From Octopus sinensis (lineage: Eukaryota): DNA of 64,000 nucleotides. A program made the translations under genes and the position numbers. How positions within the stretch are numbered: position 1 is the stretch's first letter; each line of letters opens with the position of its first letter. The stretch is from NCBI RefSeq assembly GCF_006345805.1, contig NC_043006.1:54250001-54314000 (forward strand), in the 5' to 3' direction. A model generated the notes under the pieces. It saw only the letters and a program-made list of their open reading frames with translations, was not told the DNA's origin and did no database searches. Of the stretch, positions 38,626 through 52,192 are shown piece by piece.

Positions 38626-39588
38626 TGGTTGAAACATATCTAAGTTTATATATGAACGAAATCAAGCATTCAAGATATTTGGCTGGAGTTAATGGTTTGG
38701 CTTTTGGTGCAGTTTGTCATATTTGTACACTTGTAAGGATATATGTTGTTATATTCCATATACGAGAGCTTACTGTATTCATAATGAGGGAATATTTTAT
38801 GAATTTCTTTCTTTACCATTTTTCTATCTTTCTCCTTCATTACTCATATTATACTGTTCTATCAGTTTTTACTTATATGTTCATTGTATGTGCAGCTGCT
38901 AAAATTCTTTCAATACTAATTCATCAAAGAATAACTCCAAACCATTCTTGTATTAAAATTTTGTTACCTGAATGATAACACGAGATTTCAGCAGGAACAG
39001 TTTCAATATAGTTTTAGAAGAGAACATCTTTATAACCATTTATTATTAATGAGCCAACAGCGTAATCTTTATGTAGATACTTGATCATCTAGAATTAACA
39101 CGTAAATCTCCCAACTTTTGATAATGTGTTCTTAGATAAAATGTCAGGACAAGAAAATAGTTTAAAAAAAGAAGGAAAAAAGTGGAATGGTATGACTGGA
39201 TTACCTTTCATCATAGGTCTACTGGATCAACGTTAACTAGTGACTAAAGAACAATCTAGTAATACTTAAAATTGTTTGTGTAGTTTAAGAAGCTCAGTCT
39301 GCAACCATATGGTTTTGAGTTCATTTCTACTGTGCTGTACCTTGGGAAAGTGTTGGGGAATTTGGTTGATGGAAATTGTGTGGAAGCCTACTGTATGTGT
39401 GTGTGTGTGTGTTCCCTCCACCGTTTGACAACTGTTGTTGGTTTGTTAACATCCTCATAACTTAATAGTTCTGCATAAAAGACTAGCAGAGTAAGTACCA
39501 AATTTGTTTGACTAAAACCCTTCATGTTCGTGTGCCAACATGGCTGCAGTTCAGTGAGCGAAACAAGTAAAAAATACGATAAATGAAC

Positions 39589-39991
39589 TAGGCACAGGAG
39601 TGGCTGTGTGGTAAGTAGTTTGTTTACCAACCACATGGTTCCGGGTTCAGTCCCACTGCATGGCACCTTGGGCAAGTGTCTTCTACTATAGCCTCGGGCC
39701 GACCAAAGCCTTGTGAGTGGATTTGGTAGACGGAAACTGAAAGAAGCCCGTCGTATATATGTATATATATATATATACGTGTGTGTGTTTGTCTGTCTGT
39801 GTTTGTCCCCCTAGCATTGCTTGACAACCGATGCTGGTGTGTTTATGTCCCCGTTACTTAGCAGTTCGGGAAAAGAGACCGATAGAATAAGTACTGGGCT
39901 TACAAAAGAATAAGTCCCGGGTCGAGTTGCTCGATTAAAGGCGGTGCTCCAGCATGGCCGCAGTCAAATGATTGAAACAAGTAAAGAGTAA
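39589..39991 (+). mobile_element. SINE family A, full-length reference copy
   Basis: A-box TGGCTGTGTGGTAAG, B-box GGTTCAGTCCC, GGCACCTTGGGCAAGTG core, (TA)/(TG) tract and AAGAGTA tail; about 20 related copies in the window. Confidence 0.92.
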
Positions 39992-40994
39992 ATCCATAAT
40001 CCCTTTCAAATTCTTGATTATTTTGAAACTTACTGGCTGTGATTTTCTTGATAGAAACAAGGACTTAAAAGGAAGTTGTATACTACAATTGTAATGTTGA
40101 ATTCTGAAGTTTATCTCTTCTTGGTGTGTATCCATACTAAACTGTGAGTGACAGTGAATAGCCGGAGCATAGATAATTTGATCACGAGAGAAACATTAAG
40201 TTGTTAAACCATTTACCATTGTGGGATAATACTGTACAAAATGTTTAAGCATAACAATGACATTTGATGACAATTTTCTTCCTTAGTTATTATATCTCCA
40301 GAGGGCTAAACAGTAAATAAATGACTTGACAAACTCTCATAGCCAACAACTACCGAATACTAATAATGGCTTAGAAGCTTGTTGGTCGCACTGATCTGAC
40401 ATATACTGCTTACACATTCCACTACTGTTCTTTGTTGCTAGCATTTACACACCCTTCTCTCTCAAAATGCCTTCCTGTGTTAGATCACACTGCCCTATAG
40501 AAATGTCTGTAATGAGGTTATTATTAATGCATTGTTTGAGTGCACTTCTGGTATTTCTGACCTCTTCAATGCCAAGAGAAAAGAGAGAGAGAGAGAGAGA
40601 AATTAAAAAAATAATAAATTTCAGGGTGGGGTGGGGGGCATTATCTTGACTTCTAAGAGGAAATGATTGTTGTTCACTTTGTATTGTTAGAGCAGCCCTT
40701 TGTTGTTTTCCCCCTATCCTACAATCCTCTTTGTTGTACCCAGTAATATCTCATACTCCCATTATTGCCAGTAATGTCCCTTGTTTATAAGGTTTCTTTT
40801 AAACCAGAATTTACATCACTGACTTAATGCTACAGGACCACAAAAGAGACATTAGACTCACATAACTTTTATCTCAAAACCTTACAAATATTTACAATTT
40901 ATATTTCAAGCCTTGTACATTTATTTTTTTTACCTTTAGGTTTTATTATCCATTGTCCACTTTACAGGTTTTGACACTTATCACCATCAGCATC

Positions 40995-41345
40995 ATCATC
41001 ATTTAATGTTCACTTTCCATGCTGGCTTGGGTTAGATGGTTTGGCTGGAATTGGTAAGCTGGAGAGCTGCACCAGGTTTCAATCTGATTTGGCATGGTTT
41101 CTATGGCTGGATACCCTTCCTAATACCAATCACTCTGAGAGTGTAATGGGTGCTTTTTCATTGCCACTGGCACAGGTGCCATTTACATGACGCCGGTAAC
41201 AGCCATGACTGCGATTCATGGATGCCATTTACATGACACTGGCAATGGTCACAACTATAGTTTCACTTGGTTTGATGAGTCTTCTCAAGCACAACATATC
41301 ACCAAGGTTTTGGTCACTTGTCATCACCTTTGTGAGGCTCAACAT
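40995..41345 (-). mobile_element. RTE LINE 3' end with (GAT)n tail
   Basis: End of ORF2 (GCCTCACAAAGGTGATGACAAGTGACC...GTGCTTGAGAAGAC) runs into the 3'-UTR shared with 60520-61045. Confidence 0.8.
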
Positions 41346-42796
41346 TCAAAGATCATTGTTATTAAAAATTAAATTATCAAGAATCAAATTATTAAGTTAT
41401 CAAGAAATACTAACTATAAAGTTAAGGCACTGAACTATTGATCATATGGTCATAGGTTCAAACTTTACTCCTTTGTTAGCTCATTCATACCTTTGTGTAA
41501 TATCTCTGTCATTCCATTACTGTTATTATATTGACATTGGTGAAAACATAGTGCACACCACATCAGAAACTCTAGTCTACTTGTTGTCAGAATATTTTCT
41601 CAATGACTCAATCATAGAAATATTTCCAGATACCATCAATGCTATCTCTCTTCCATCCCATATTATTTACCCGCCTTGAGATTGTCGCTAAGATTAAGGA
41701 TTTGTCACGACTTCCCTCCAAAATTGGGATATCTACACATATTTTCAATACCACCCCCATAAAAATAGTAATAATAATTATAATAATAATGATAATGATG
41801 GTGATGGGTGTTTGAAGTTGTAATAGTTATGTCAATTCTTCATTATGTATCAATCGTACATCATTCTGATGTTCATCTATCTGTGTATCTAGGCAGTGAC
41901 TGTGTTTCTATGATCACAGCTGACATCAGCAGTGATATAAAACACAAGTTTTTTTGTTAAACTTAGTAATGTTTATTTAACTTTTTAACAGCTGAGTATT
42001 TCATTAAGAAGAAAATAGTTTCATCAAAAATATATACATGTATTCACACAAACACTCTCTTACACATACAAATGCTCTCATGCTTACATAAACTCTGTTG
42101 CACACACTAACCCTCTCTTACATGCACATACATGCTCTCTCTCTCTCTCTTGCTCACACAAGCAAACTCTTTCTTACACATTAATATATACTCACTCTCT
42201 CTCAATTACAAGCATTTTCAAACTTTCATTTACACAGATAAACACACACTTGCATATATAAACACTTTTGCACCTACACAACCTCTGTCTTAGCTTCTCT
42301 CTCTCCCTCTCTCTCTCTCCCTCTCTTATTCATATAAACAAATCTCACATACAAACTCTCTCTCTCTCACACATACAAGTGCTCTCTCTCTTATTCACAT
42401 GAACAAACTCTCTTTTATATTGCAAATATTGCTCACATAGTTGAGCTGATACAGATGTAACACACAAACATTTCTTTGGGAAGGAGGCTTAATTCATTAC
42501 CCAGTTTAATATTTTCACATGGCCCATGTTTTCCTTTAGCAGAATCCACTCAAGCATTCATCCCAGACCTCCTCCTACCAACCTTGGAAACCCTGAGAAA
42601 GTAGTCATGAATGCGGCCCTTTCTCCTCTAATATATTTCTCTAGTAGCCTCTTTCTACCCATTTAAACATCAACTTATAGAAATTCAAGGTAAGCATTGA
42701 CCATACTGATACATCCTGAAGGTCAGGGACATTAATGGTTGTAAAGGTCTTGGTATTTGCTTTCCCTTATTTTCAAAATCTACCAAATAACATTAA

Positions 42797-43017
42797 CCCT
42801 TTCATTACTGTATTTATTTTGAGATGCTCTGTGTTTCTTTCAATTACTTTTAATATAACAAAGAATTTGGTAAAATAACTTAGTTATCATTTAGCTAGTG
42901 TTAGGAACATAAATTGTGACCAAGGTTTGGTGGAAGATTTTAATTCAAAACTTATGAAAACAAGACATCTGTACTAAAGAGCCAGAGCCGGTTTCAGCCG
43001 GGTTGGTAACGAAAGGT
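42797..43017. mobile_element. piggyBac-like MITE
   Basis: TTAA flanks; TIRs CCCTTTCATTAC / GTAACGAAAGGT. Confidence 0.8.
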
Positions 43018-44987
43018 TTAAAAAGAAGACAGTAATTTTTTATTCCCTTCTGTTGAAATAGCTACTTTCAGGGAGATGAAATTTGGGATACAGAAGTAGC
43101 TTTAATCCTTTTGATACCAACCTCTCAAAGACCACCTGTGGTCCTATGATGCAAACTTCCTGTTTTAAAGTAATATAAATTAAAACTTTCCACTAAAATT
43201 TCATGTTAATTTATGTTCCAAACACCAGATGAATAATGACATTTATCTTAGTAAATTCTTCATTTATTTTCAAAATTAATTGAAACAAAGGCAGCATATT
43301 TTAAAGGAAATGTGGTAACAAAAATATTTAAGAAATAAGAGGAGACTACATTTTCTAGCTCCTTGGCCAGTCTGACAGTCTGACATTGAATGTCACTGTG
43401 GCATTGGTTTTGCATATCAAAGAGGAAGTCTGCATTAGAAAAAAAGGAACTGAATACTTTATTGGATGAAGAGGTTCTTTAGTAACTAGAAACTGTGTCT
43501 GTGGACCCAAGTCTGGTACATCACTTCTGCACCAACAGCAAAAGATTCTTAAAGAACAGGAAATACCAGTGGATGCTTTTCTATGCACCTGCAGGGGTGG
43601 GGCACTGTTTCACACCACATACAACACCAAATTAGATATGAAAATTCTGACAACAAAATTCATCTTGTGGAAAATCAAATATCAAAATAGATGGAAGATT
43701 GCTGAATATGTTTTTGCTAATTCCAACCCTCTTACACACACACATGCACACCCTGTGTGTCAGCTTTGCTTTTGCAACATCAACATCTATACCTCCCCAC
43801 CCTGTCAATATATTACTTATATACACATAAACATTTTCACCTACTACTTTCAGCCTTCTTTTTTTCTAGATATCTTCTCGAGAAATCTTATAAGGTGACT
43901 GTCAAACACCCAAAATATCTGCAACTGTAGCATATTAAAATGTTGTCTTCCTAACTTGTCATTACAAGTCAAGTGTATCTATAAGTCTATTAATATTCCA
44001 CTTTTCACATGCACATCCAATCAATTTTTAAAATCAAATCACATACAAAAATGGGGGGAAAAAGAAAAAGAAATGAAGTCATTTCTAACCAGTTGAGATC
44101 TGATTTACCGGCCTTTAGAGTCAAATTTGTTCGATTATTATAAATCTTGCTATTCTAACATCCTCTTCATAGTGACAACTGATAGGTTTCAATATCTGTT
44201 CTCTCACTCTCCAAAGAAGGGAAAGTGTTCAAAATATTTTCACGCCACATATAAATCAGTTAATTTAATATACTTATTCTTTCTATGAACTTCTGTGTGC
44301 GTTTTATCATGTTTTGAATATCTGCTCCTGTATCTCACACTACATTTCTAATATATTACAAGTTCCAAGAACTAAAGCATGTCACCTTCCAATATGTTGA
44401 TCACACATTTGTTCTTCTGTATGTGTTATCTATGCATATACATTTTGAGTTCAGTTGTGGACGAATGGTTAACACAGTTGCTTTAGAATCATGAGATTTC
44501 AGATTTCATTGTGTTGCATGGTATCTTGAGGAAGTACCTTCTGCCACAACCTCAGACCAACCTGAATCTCATGAGTGAAATTGGATGCATGAAAGCTATA
44601 TGGAAACCTATTGAATTGGGAGTATCTGTAATTCACAGGGCCAGCTTTGTCACACAATGTGACACATCAATTCCGTCTGAGGATGATATTCACTCTTTTG
44701 TTAGCTTATTTCTGTTAAAATACACTGCCTTTGTTGATATTGGTTTTGCAAATAATGAAGAATTTTAATGAAATAACTGTCATTATTTAGCTAATGTTTG
44801 GAACATAGCATGATTTTGATGAAAAGTTTTAATTTAGATCACTTTAAACAGGATGTTTGTATGGAAGGATCAAGAACAATCTCAAGTGAGTTGGTGTCAA
44901 AAGGGTAAAAAATATAACAGGTAGTTATCATTGATACCTGTGCAACATCCACTTTACAAATTGAAAGGGTGAACTGATTTTACACAT

Positions 44988-45378
44988 GTGGTAAGTAGCA
45001 TTACTTACCAACCTCATGGTTCTGGGTTCATTCCCACTGCGTGGCACCTTGGGCAAGTGCCTTGGGCTGACCAAAGCCTTGTGAGTGGATTTGGTAGACG
45101 AAAACTGAAAGAAGCCCATTTTATATATGTAAATAAATATATATATATATGTATGTGTGTGTGTGTGTGTATGCATATGTGTTTGTGTGTGTGTCCCCAA
45201 CATCGCTTGACAACCGATGGTTGGTGTGTTTACGTACCCGTTAATTAGTGGTTCGGCAAAAGAGACCAATAGAATAAGTACTAGGCTTACAAAGAATAAG
45301 TCCTGGGGTCGATGTGCTCGACTAAAGGCGGTGCTCCAGCATGGCCACAGTCAAATGACTGAAATAAGTAAAAGAGTA
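44988..45378 (+). mobile_element. SINE family A
   Basis: Colinear with 39589-39991. Confidence 0.9.
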
Positions 45379-45809
45379 TGTGTAAATGTAAGCTGAAGGA
45401 TGCTTTAGCACATGCCAACATTCACATAACACTGGTATGTGTTGTGTAGCATAGAAGTAAAGAGTTAGGTAAGGGACTCATATAATGAGGCATCTTTAAA
45501 AGACAACCTACTGCAAACTAGCGTCCAGATTTGTTGATGGAGTGCAGGTTCGTGTTAGGCAATAAACCAGTAAGGTGGAGGAAAATATAGGCGTATACAA
45601 TACATGTAACAATGATATGGGAAGAAATAGTGAAAGTTGGAATTTATCTGTATGTTAGCCTGTTTATTACATATTATGTGTCTGTAATTGGAAGAGAAAC
45701 AGATTCCCTAGTGTTATGGGATAAGAAACAAGAAGCCGTTTCAACAAATAGTAAGTAAGATGTCATTAGAGGAAGGGTTTCTCCACTTTCATAACAGAAA
45801 TGATGGTGG

Positions 45810-46040
45810 CGCCCTCAAAGTCATTATTTGTTCTTCCAACTGAGTCAAAAGAACTATGTTTCCATTAGTTTTCCAAATTGCTGATACTCTTTCTGTCAGT
45901 TGCAACTTCTGACAAAAGTTCCATTGATAATATTTGAAGAAATACATGCAACAAGGCAGCTCATCAGCTAAGAATTGCTCCAATCCACCACATTGGTACA
46001 ATTTTTGTTCACACTGAATGGATGAAAAGTAAGTAATATT
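45810..46040 (-). mobile_element. Possible mariner transposase C-terminal remnant
   Basis: LEQFLADE...LTERVSAIWKTNGNIV resembles the mariner C-terminus LEQFFASK...LPERWQKVIEQNGEY. Confidence 0.4.
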
Positions 46041-46652
46041 CTTGACATCTAGGTGAACTGAGAAAATATAAAATGAAGCAATATGTTGTGTTAGAATACA
46101 TAATACTGTGGTAGTTACTGTGAGAGTAACTCTCATATTGGGTTTTGGTGCATATAAACACTCTTAAGCTGATATGAGAGTTTCTCTTATGGTAACTATT
46201 GTAGTATTTTGTGCTATAACATAGCGTCCACTTTTAAGTGGGGATAAATATTACTTTTTGGTACTAATACTGTTTCTGTTATTCTTTTACTTGTTTCAGC
46301 CATGCTGAAGCACTGCCTTGAAGGATTTTAGTCAAGCAAATCGATTCCAGGACTTATTTTTGAAGCCTAGTACTTATTCTATTAGTCTCTTATGCTGAAC
46401 CACTATGTTACAGGGACATAAACACACCAACACTGGTTGTCAAGCAGTAATGGGGGGACAAATACAGGCACAAAGACACACACGCACACACACACAAATA
46501 TACACAAAGATCTTCTTTCAATTTCCATTTACAAAATCCACTCACAATGCTTTGGTCAGCCCAGGGCTATAGTAGGAGACACTTACTCAAGGTGCCATGG
46601 AACAAAGTGGTTGGGAAGCAAACTCCTTACCGCACAGCCATGCCTGTGCCTA

Positions 46653-47811
46653 TACTCTTTACTCTTTACTCTTTTTACTTGTTTCAGTCATTTGACTGCG
46701 GCCATGCTGGAGCGCTGCCTTTTAGTCAAGCAAATCGACCCCAGGACTTATTCTTTGTAAGCTTAGTACTTATTCTATCGGTCTCTTTTGCCGAACCGCT
46801 AAGTAACAGGGACGTAGACATACCAGCATCGGTTGTCAGGCGATGTTGGGGGGACAAACACACACACACACAGACACACATATATATATATATATGACAT
46901 ATATATATATATATATATATACTAAGCAATAAGGGTTTAGCAACGAGTTGCCTTACCACATACCGAATTTAGAAATAGCAGTCAAAGGGTTATAGCTATT
47001 TCTTCTACTAAAAAGGGAGATCTCAGTAAAAACAGCATTTGGAAGGCACAAACAGGTAAGAGAGAATGAATTGACTGCAATCTATCATACATTTTTTTAG
47101 TTATCCACGGACGTACGTTTCGAAATCAATTTTAAGGAAAGCATACGAATTAAATATTAAATATTAAATAATAAATAATTCTATCTTACCGAAACTTCTT
47201 TTCTCTTCAGCGTAGAATACTAATCATAAATGATTATATATTGAATTTTGAGATACCAGAAGGCACCAACTCCACTCAGTATCAGAGCGAGCTAGAACCC
47301 GCAACTGGTATCACCGAATTCAATTTGTGAATGAAACGATTGTGTCAACAGCCCCTTCCCACCCGCGTGTAGCCAAAACAAGATGCTGTGGTCATCACTG
47401 AGATAAAATATGGTTATCCGTAATAATGAAGGGTGAAATTAATTAATTTGGAAAAATTATCAATTACACCAAGTAGTCTTCGGCATGTAAAAGCCTCATT
47501 CGAGGAAATTTAAGTAATACTAAGCAATAAGGGTTTAGCAACGAGTTGCCTTACCACATACCGAATTTAGAAATAGCAGTCAAAGGGTTATAGCTATTTC
47601 TTCTACTAAAAAGGGAGATCTCAGTAAAAACAGCATTTGGAAGGCACAAACAGGTAAGAGAGAATGAATTGACTGCAATCTATCATACATTTTTTTAGTT
47701 ATCCACGGACGTACGTTTCGAAATCAAGTTTTAAGGAAATCAAGTTTTACATGCCGAAGACTACTTGGTGTAATTGATAATTTTTCCAAATTAATTAATT
47801 TCACCCTTCAT

Positions 47812-47849
<38 letters not shown>

Positions 47850-48011
47850 CAGGCTTCTTTCAGTTTCCGTCTATCAAATCCACTCACAATGCTTTGGTTG
47901 GCCCGAGGCTATAGTACAAGACACTTTCCCAAGGTGCCACGCAGTGGGACTGAACCCGGAACCGTGTGGTTGGTAAGCAAGCTACTTACCGCACAGCCAC
48001 TCCTGCGCCTA
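46653..48011 (-). mobile_element. SINE family A split at its (TA)n tract by an 898-bp insertion
   Basis: 3' half at 46653-46899 and 5' half at ~47817-48011 join into a normal family-A copy. Confidence 0.9.
46919..47816. mobile_element. Non-coding Penelope-like (pseudo-LTR) element
   Basis: Identical direct repeat 46919-47129 = 47517-47727; perfect inverted repeat 47421-47492 / 47745-47816; (TA)n on both sides; no ORF. Confidence 0.65.
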
Positions 48012-49446
48012 CTAATAATTATTTTATAAAATGGAGTGTTTTGCTGCAGATGAAATGATTCCAGCGGTTAACATTTCCATACCTTATCCATTCTTCCAAC
48101 CTGCACCTACCCATTGTTGATAAAACTTAGAAGTTACGTAACAAAAGTGAAGAAAATGGTTGTTATTGTTTTTGGCCTCCAAGCCAACCCTATTTAACCC
48201 TTTAGCATTTAAACTGGGCTGTATCTAGCCAAAATATTCCACCTGTTTTATGTTCAAACTGGCCAGATCCAGCCTCTCACACCTATCTTGCAATATCATT
48301 CTAAAAATTAAAGGTCACATTATTGAATCTTAAAGCTATGAAACAATGTGAATAAATATGAATGCTAAACTGTTAAGTAGACCAAAGCTATTCCAGCCAT
48401 GCCCTTCCTGTTTAATTTTTCTTCCAAGGAAAAAGTGCACATTGGACTGCATTATTCAATGTGAGTTTGGTTTGAAGGAAATTTGGCTACTATTTCTAGC
48501 AGGCTGATTGACCATACAGATGCTCTCTCACAGATGATGAGGTGTCATAGTCCTTTCAACATCAAGGCATTGTTGTACTCTGTGTGTGTGTGTGAGGGGT
48601 GAGGAGTGCAAAGAGATGTTGAATGGAGTTTAGATTTGACTTGAGGGATGAGAACATAACAAACAGTTGTGACAGCTTCAAGAGAATATACTTGACATAG
48701 AACAAACAACAGCACCTTTCATATTTTTGACCCAGAGAAGGTTTTCACAGTCCTGTGTTCTGTAGTTTCATGGGGCAAGGCATGGCCCTATGTACATTTT
48801 CAGCATAGTAACATAAACGAAGGCGGAATGGAGATGGGGTTGGGGCACTTGAATAAACACACACACTCATAAACAGTGATGTATATATGTTATTATTATT
48901 GCTAAGTAATTTTACAAATGTTTTAGCCATAATTACCTTTCTACTCGATATTATTATTAACAATTACAACAACAACAATGATAATAATAATAATAATCAT
49001 AATTTGTGAAATTATTGCTTTGTACTTTTTTTCCTTGATCATTTGGAATTGAAGGCAAAGGTCTATTTATTTATTTATTTATTTGTTTATTTTACTTGTG
49101 TCTGTGTGTCCTTACAAACACACAGAAGGCAATAGTAGAATGGCAGATGGGGCAGGTGACTGAGTGGGTGTGATATGGGGTAATTTAGCTCTTCTTTTAT
49201 AATTCTTGCAAAAATTATTTTGTATAATTAACTTCATTATAATTTGTTATTGTTGTTCTTTCATTCTTTCATCAGAAGAGTTTTCAGTGTGATTAGCAAT
49301 AGTAATGGTTGTGGTATCAGTGTTGGTGGTAGTGGTTTATATTTGTTAAAGTACAGTTATTAATTGCTACTCAACATGTGTCTGAAATTAGTGGTGTTTC
49401 CCCCCTCCCCTTTTTCCCTTCTTTTTCTTTCCCTTCTCTCTCTCTT

Positions 49447-49479
<33 letters not shown>

Positions 49480-50187
49480 TCATCTGGTTATGCCATTGAG
49501 AAATAAAAGGAGTGTTCATTCAGAAAAATATCTCCTCCTCCTCCCTTATGCCTTTTAAAATTTTTATTTATTTATTTTAGTTTGTTATTTTTTCTGGGTT
49601 AAATGTTAGCTGGGTAACTGGTGGTGATGGGGGGGGGGACAACATGTTTGTTTTCATCTTTATTTACTTGCTTATAATAATCATTTGCATGTTAGTTCCT
49701 GTTCTCTGACTCATTCCATGCCAGCTTCTCCCTTCCCCACTCTCCTCCCTTTATCTTATCCTTCCTCTCTCCTTCTCTCTTTCTACACACACACACACAC
49801 ACACATCACACCTTGCTTCTATCATTATTTGCCATTCTCTCTCTCTCTCCCATCCTTCTTGCTGCCACCCCACCACTTTATATCTACCCCTACAGGATCC
49901 CTGAAACATAAATGTGATTGTCATGGCTGAAATACTTTTGATAAGTTCCTTGATCATGACAGACCTGGAAGAGCTAAAACAGCAATGCCTTATTTCTGCC
50001 TCTCATTGCAGCTCTGGCCATTTGGAAGTTTCATATGACCAGGAGCCCACGCACATTCATATATATATTTTCTCTTTGTGTTTTCATGTTTGGATTAACT
50101 TTATATATATATATAAATATATATATATATGAGAGAGTCAAGATGAGAGACATTAAGAAGGGATGAATGGGAAAAAGGACTTTAGTG

Positions 50188-50476
50188 CAGGGGTTATCAA
50201 CCATTTTTTTTTATCTATAGACTCCTTTGATTACTATTTTATTCTGGTAGGTTCCCATAGCCATCCAATTTTGTTTTTCAACCCTTGTAAGTTGAACTAT
50301 GTAAACATTAAAGAAAGAAACTTATCTGTCTCTTGCAATACATACCAATACATATATCAAACTCAAAATTTTTTTCAGGGGCCCTTAAAATACTATTGTA
50401 GATCTCCAATTTACTGTTTTGTTGTTTGGATCCCCAAAAATCTTATATGGATCCTCAGGGCCATATAGGACCACTG
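50188..50476. mobile_element. hAT-like MITE related to 29666-29902
   Basis: Ends CAGGGGTTATCAACC / GGACCACTG; flanks CTTTAGTG / TTTTAATG (6 of 8 match). Confidence 0.6.
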
Positions 50477-50484
50477 TTTTAATG

Positions 50485-51078
50485 GATATTTGACTGCATT
50501 GTGTTTTGCATGCAGCTCTGACTTGGCTTGAGGTGTTGCTTGCATGTTAGGACTTTGGTCACTCTTTTATCTGCTTCATACTGGTACAAAGACACTGTTT
50601 TCCATTGCTGGTGACAGAGAGGTAAAGGAATTCCTGTTTTACCATGAATAGCTTGGTGTCAAGTGAGCAAACCAGTGCTAATAAAGGATTGTTGGAGTTT
50701 GTCTCTTTTGTTCAGAGCATGTGGCAACCCATGCACTGAGTTTTTGGTCTTTAACCTATCAAATGAATTCGATAGGTATTAGTAGCATGAAAGCTTCCTA
50801 TTTGCTGGGTCAGTTCTCTTGTGGATTGGCACAGATCTGTGTGGATGAGCTCATTCAGTTGTTTCTCATTGAACTGAACAGGTTGGTTGAAATGCAGAGT
50901 ATGTGAGGCCAAACTTTCCTTTCTTGAAGCATTTCAATACTACTATTTTAGTAGTAGTGCCTTCATCATACACAGAACAAATATCTTGGGAGGCTCTAGG
51001 AGCTTTAGAACTTTGACTGAAAGCAAAGAGAAACAAGTGTCAAAAATGTTCATTTTTTATTTCTGTTTGGCACTCCAT
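50485..51078 (-). mobile_element. mariner (DD34D-type) transposase N-terminal remnant
   Basis: From the ATG at 51078: MECQTEIKNEHF..LFLFAF..SKA...ICSVYDEG..., FNEKQLNELIHTD..QSTREL.QQIG, LSAWVATCSEQ (WVPH motif decayed), QAKSELH; many stops and frameshifts. Confidence 0.8.
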
Positions 51079-51189
51079 CGCCATAAGAGTTAAAATTTAT
51101 TCAAGTTTCAAAAATGATAGGCAAAAGTTATACAGGAAAAATGGAGCTACAACCCACCACTTAAAACATCATGATAAAAATATTTTTTA

Positions 51190-51522
51190 TTTTATTCTTT
51201 TACTTGTTTCAGTCATTTGACTGCAACCATGCTGGAGCACCACCTTAAAAGGGTTTTTTTTAATTGGAGAAATTAACCCCAGGATTTCTTCTTATCAAGC
51301 AATGATGTGGAGACAAACACAGACACAAAGACCCACACACTCACATAAATATATATGTATATATGATGGGCTTCTTTCAGTTTCCATCTACTAAATTCAC
51401 GCACAAGGCTTTGGTTGGCCTGAGACTATAGTAGAAGACACTTGCCCAAGATACCACACTGTGGGACTGAACCTGCAACCACATGGTGGGGAAGCAAACG
51501 TCTTACCACACAGCCATGCCTA
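51190..51522 (-). mobile_element. SINE family A
   Basis: Colinear reverse match to the family, with an internal deletion. Confidence 0.8.
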
Positions 51523-51976
51523 TATATATATGTATATATCGAAAGAAAAGGGATTAAAAATCCAGGCAAATATGTTTTAAGCACTCTTAAAGGAGTCAAA
51601 TTTGGATAAACAAATTTGTCAGTGAAAATCCTTGCTTTCTACATAATCCATAAAATTTCACTGCCTGTCCAATTTTATGCATGTGTGTTTGTGCATACCC
51701 ATGTCTTGACATCATGTGATGTGTACAAACAAGCATCATCATCATCATACAAGTAATGTTGTTCATTTACAGTCTTCCATGAAAAACATGTCTGACCATG
51801 GAGAAATATATCCATCCTTGTAAACAAATGAGGGTTGACAACAGGAAGACCATTTGGCCTTAGAAAATTTGCCTCAACAAATTTTGTCTGATGTATGCAA
51901 GTGTGGAAAAGTGGACTTTATATGGTGATAATGCTGACAGTCTAGTAAGAAATAGGAGATGCTCATTTACATTTAA

Positions 51977-52192
51977 CCCTTTGGTGTTCAGATTATTCTA
52001 AACGTAATGCTTATTGATTCACATTGATTTGAATTAATCATACATTATCTCATATCTTCAAGATCTTGATGGTGCAATTATTTAATGCATAATAGCATTG
52101 TAGGGTAGGTGTGAGAGCCTGGATCTGGTCAGTTTGAACATAAAACAGATTAAATATTTTGGCCGGATATGGCCGGTTTAAATACTAAAGGG
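51977..52192. mobile_element. piggyBac-like MITE (second family)
   Basis: TTAA flanks; TIRs CCCTTTGGTGTT / AATACTAAAGGG; homologous to 57177-57388 and partial copies near 11780 and 48200. Confidence 0.8.
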
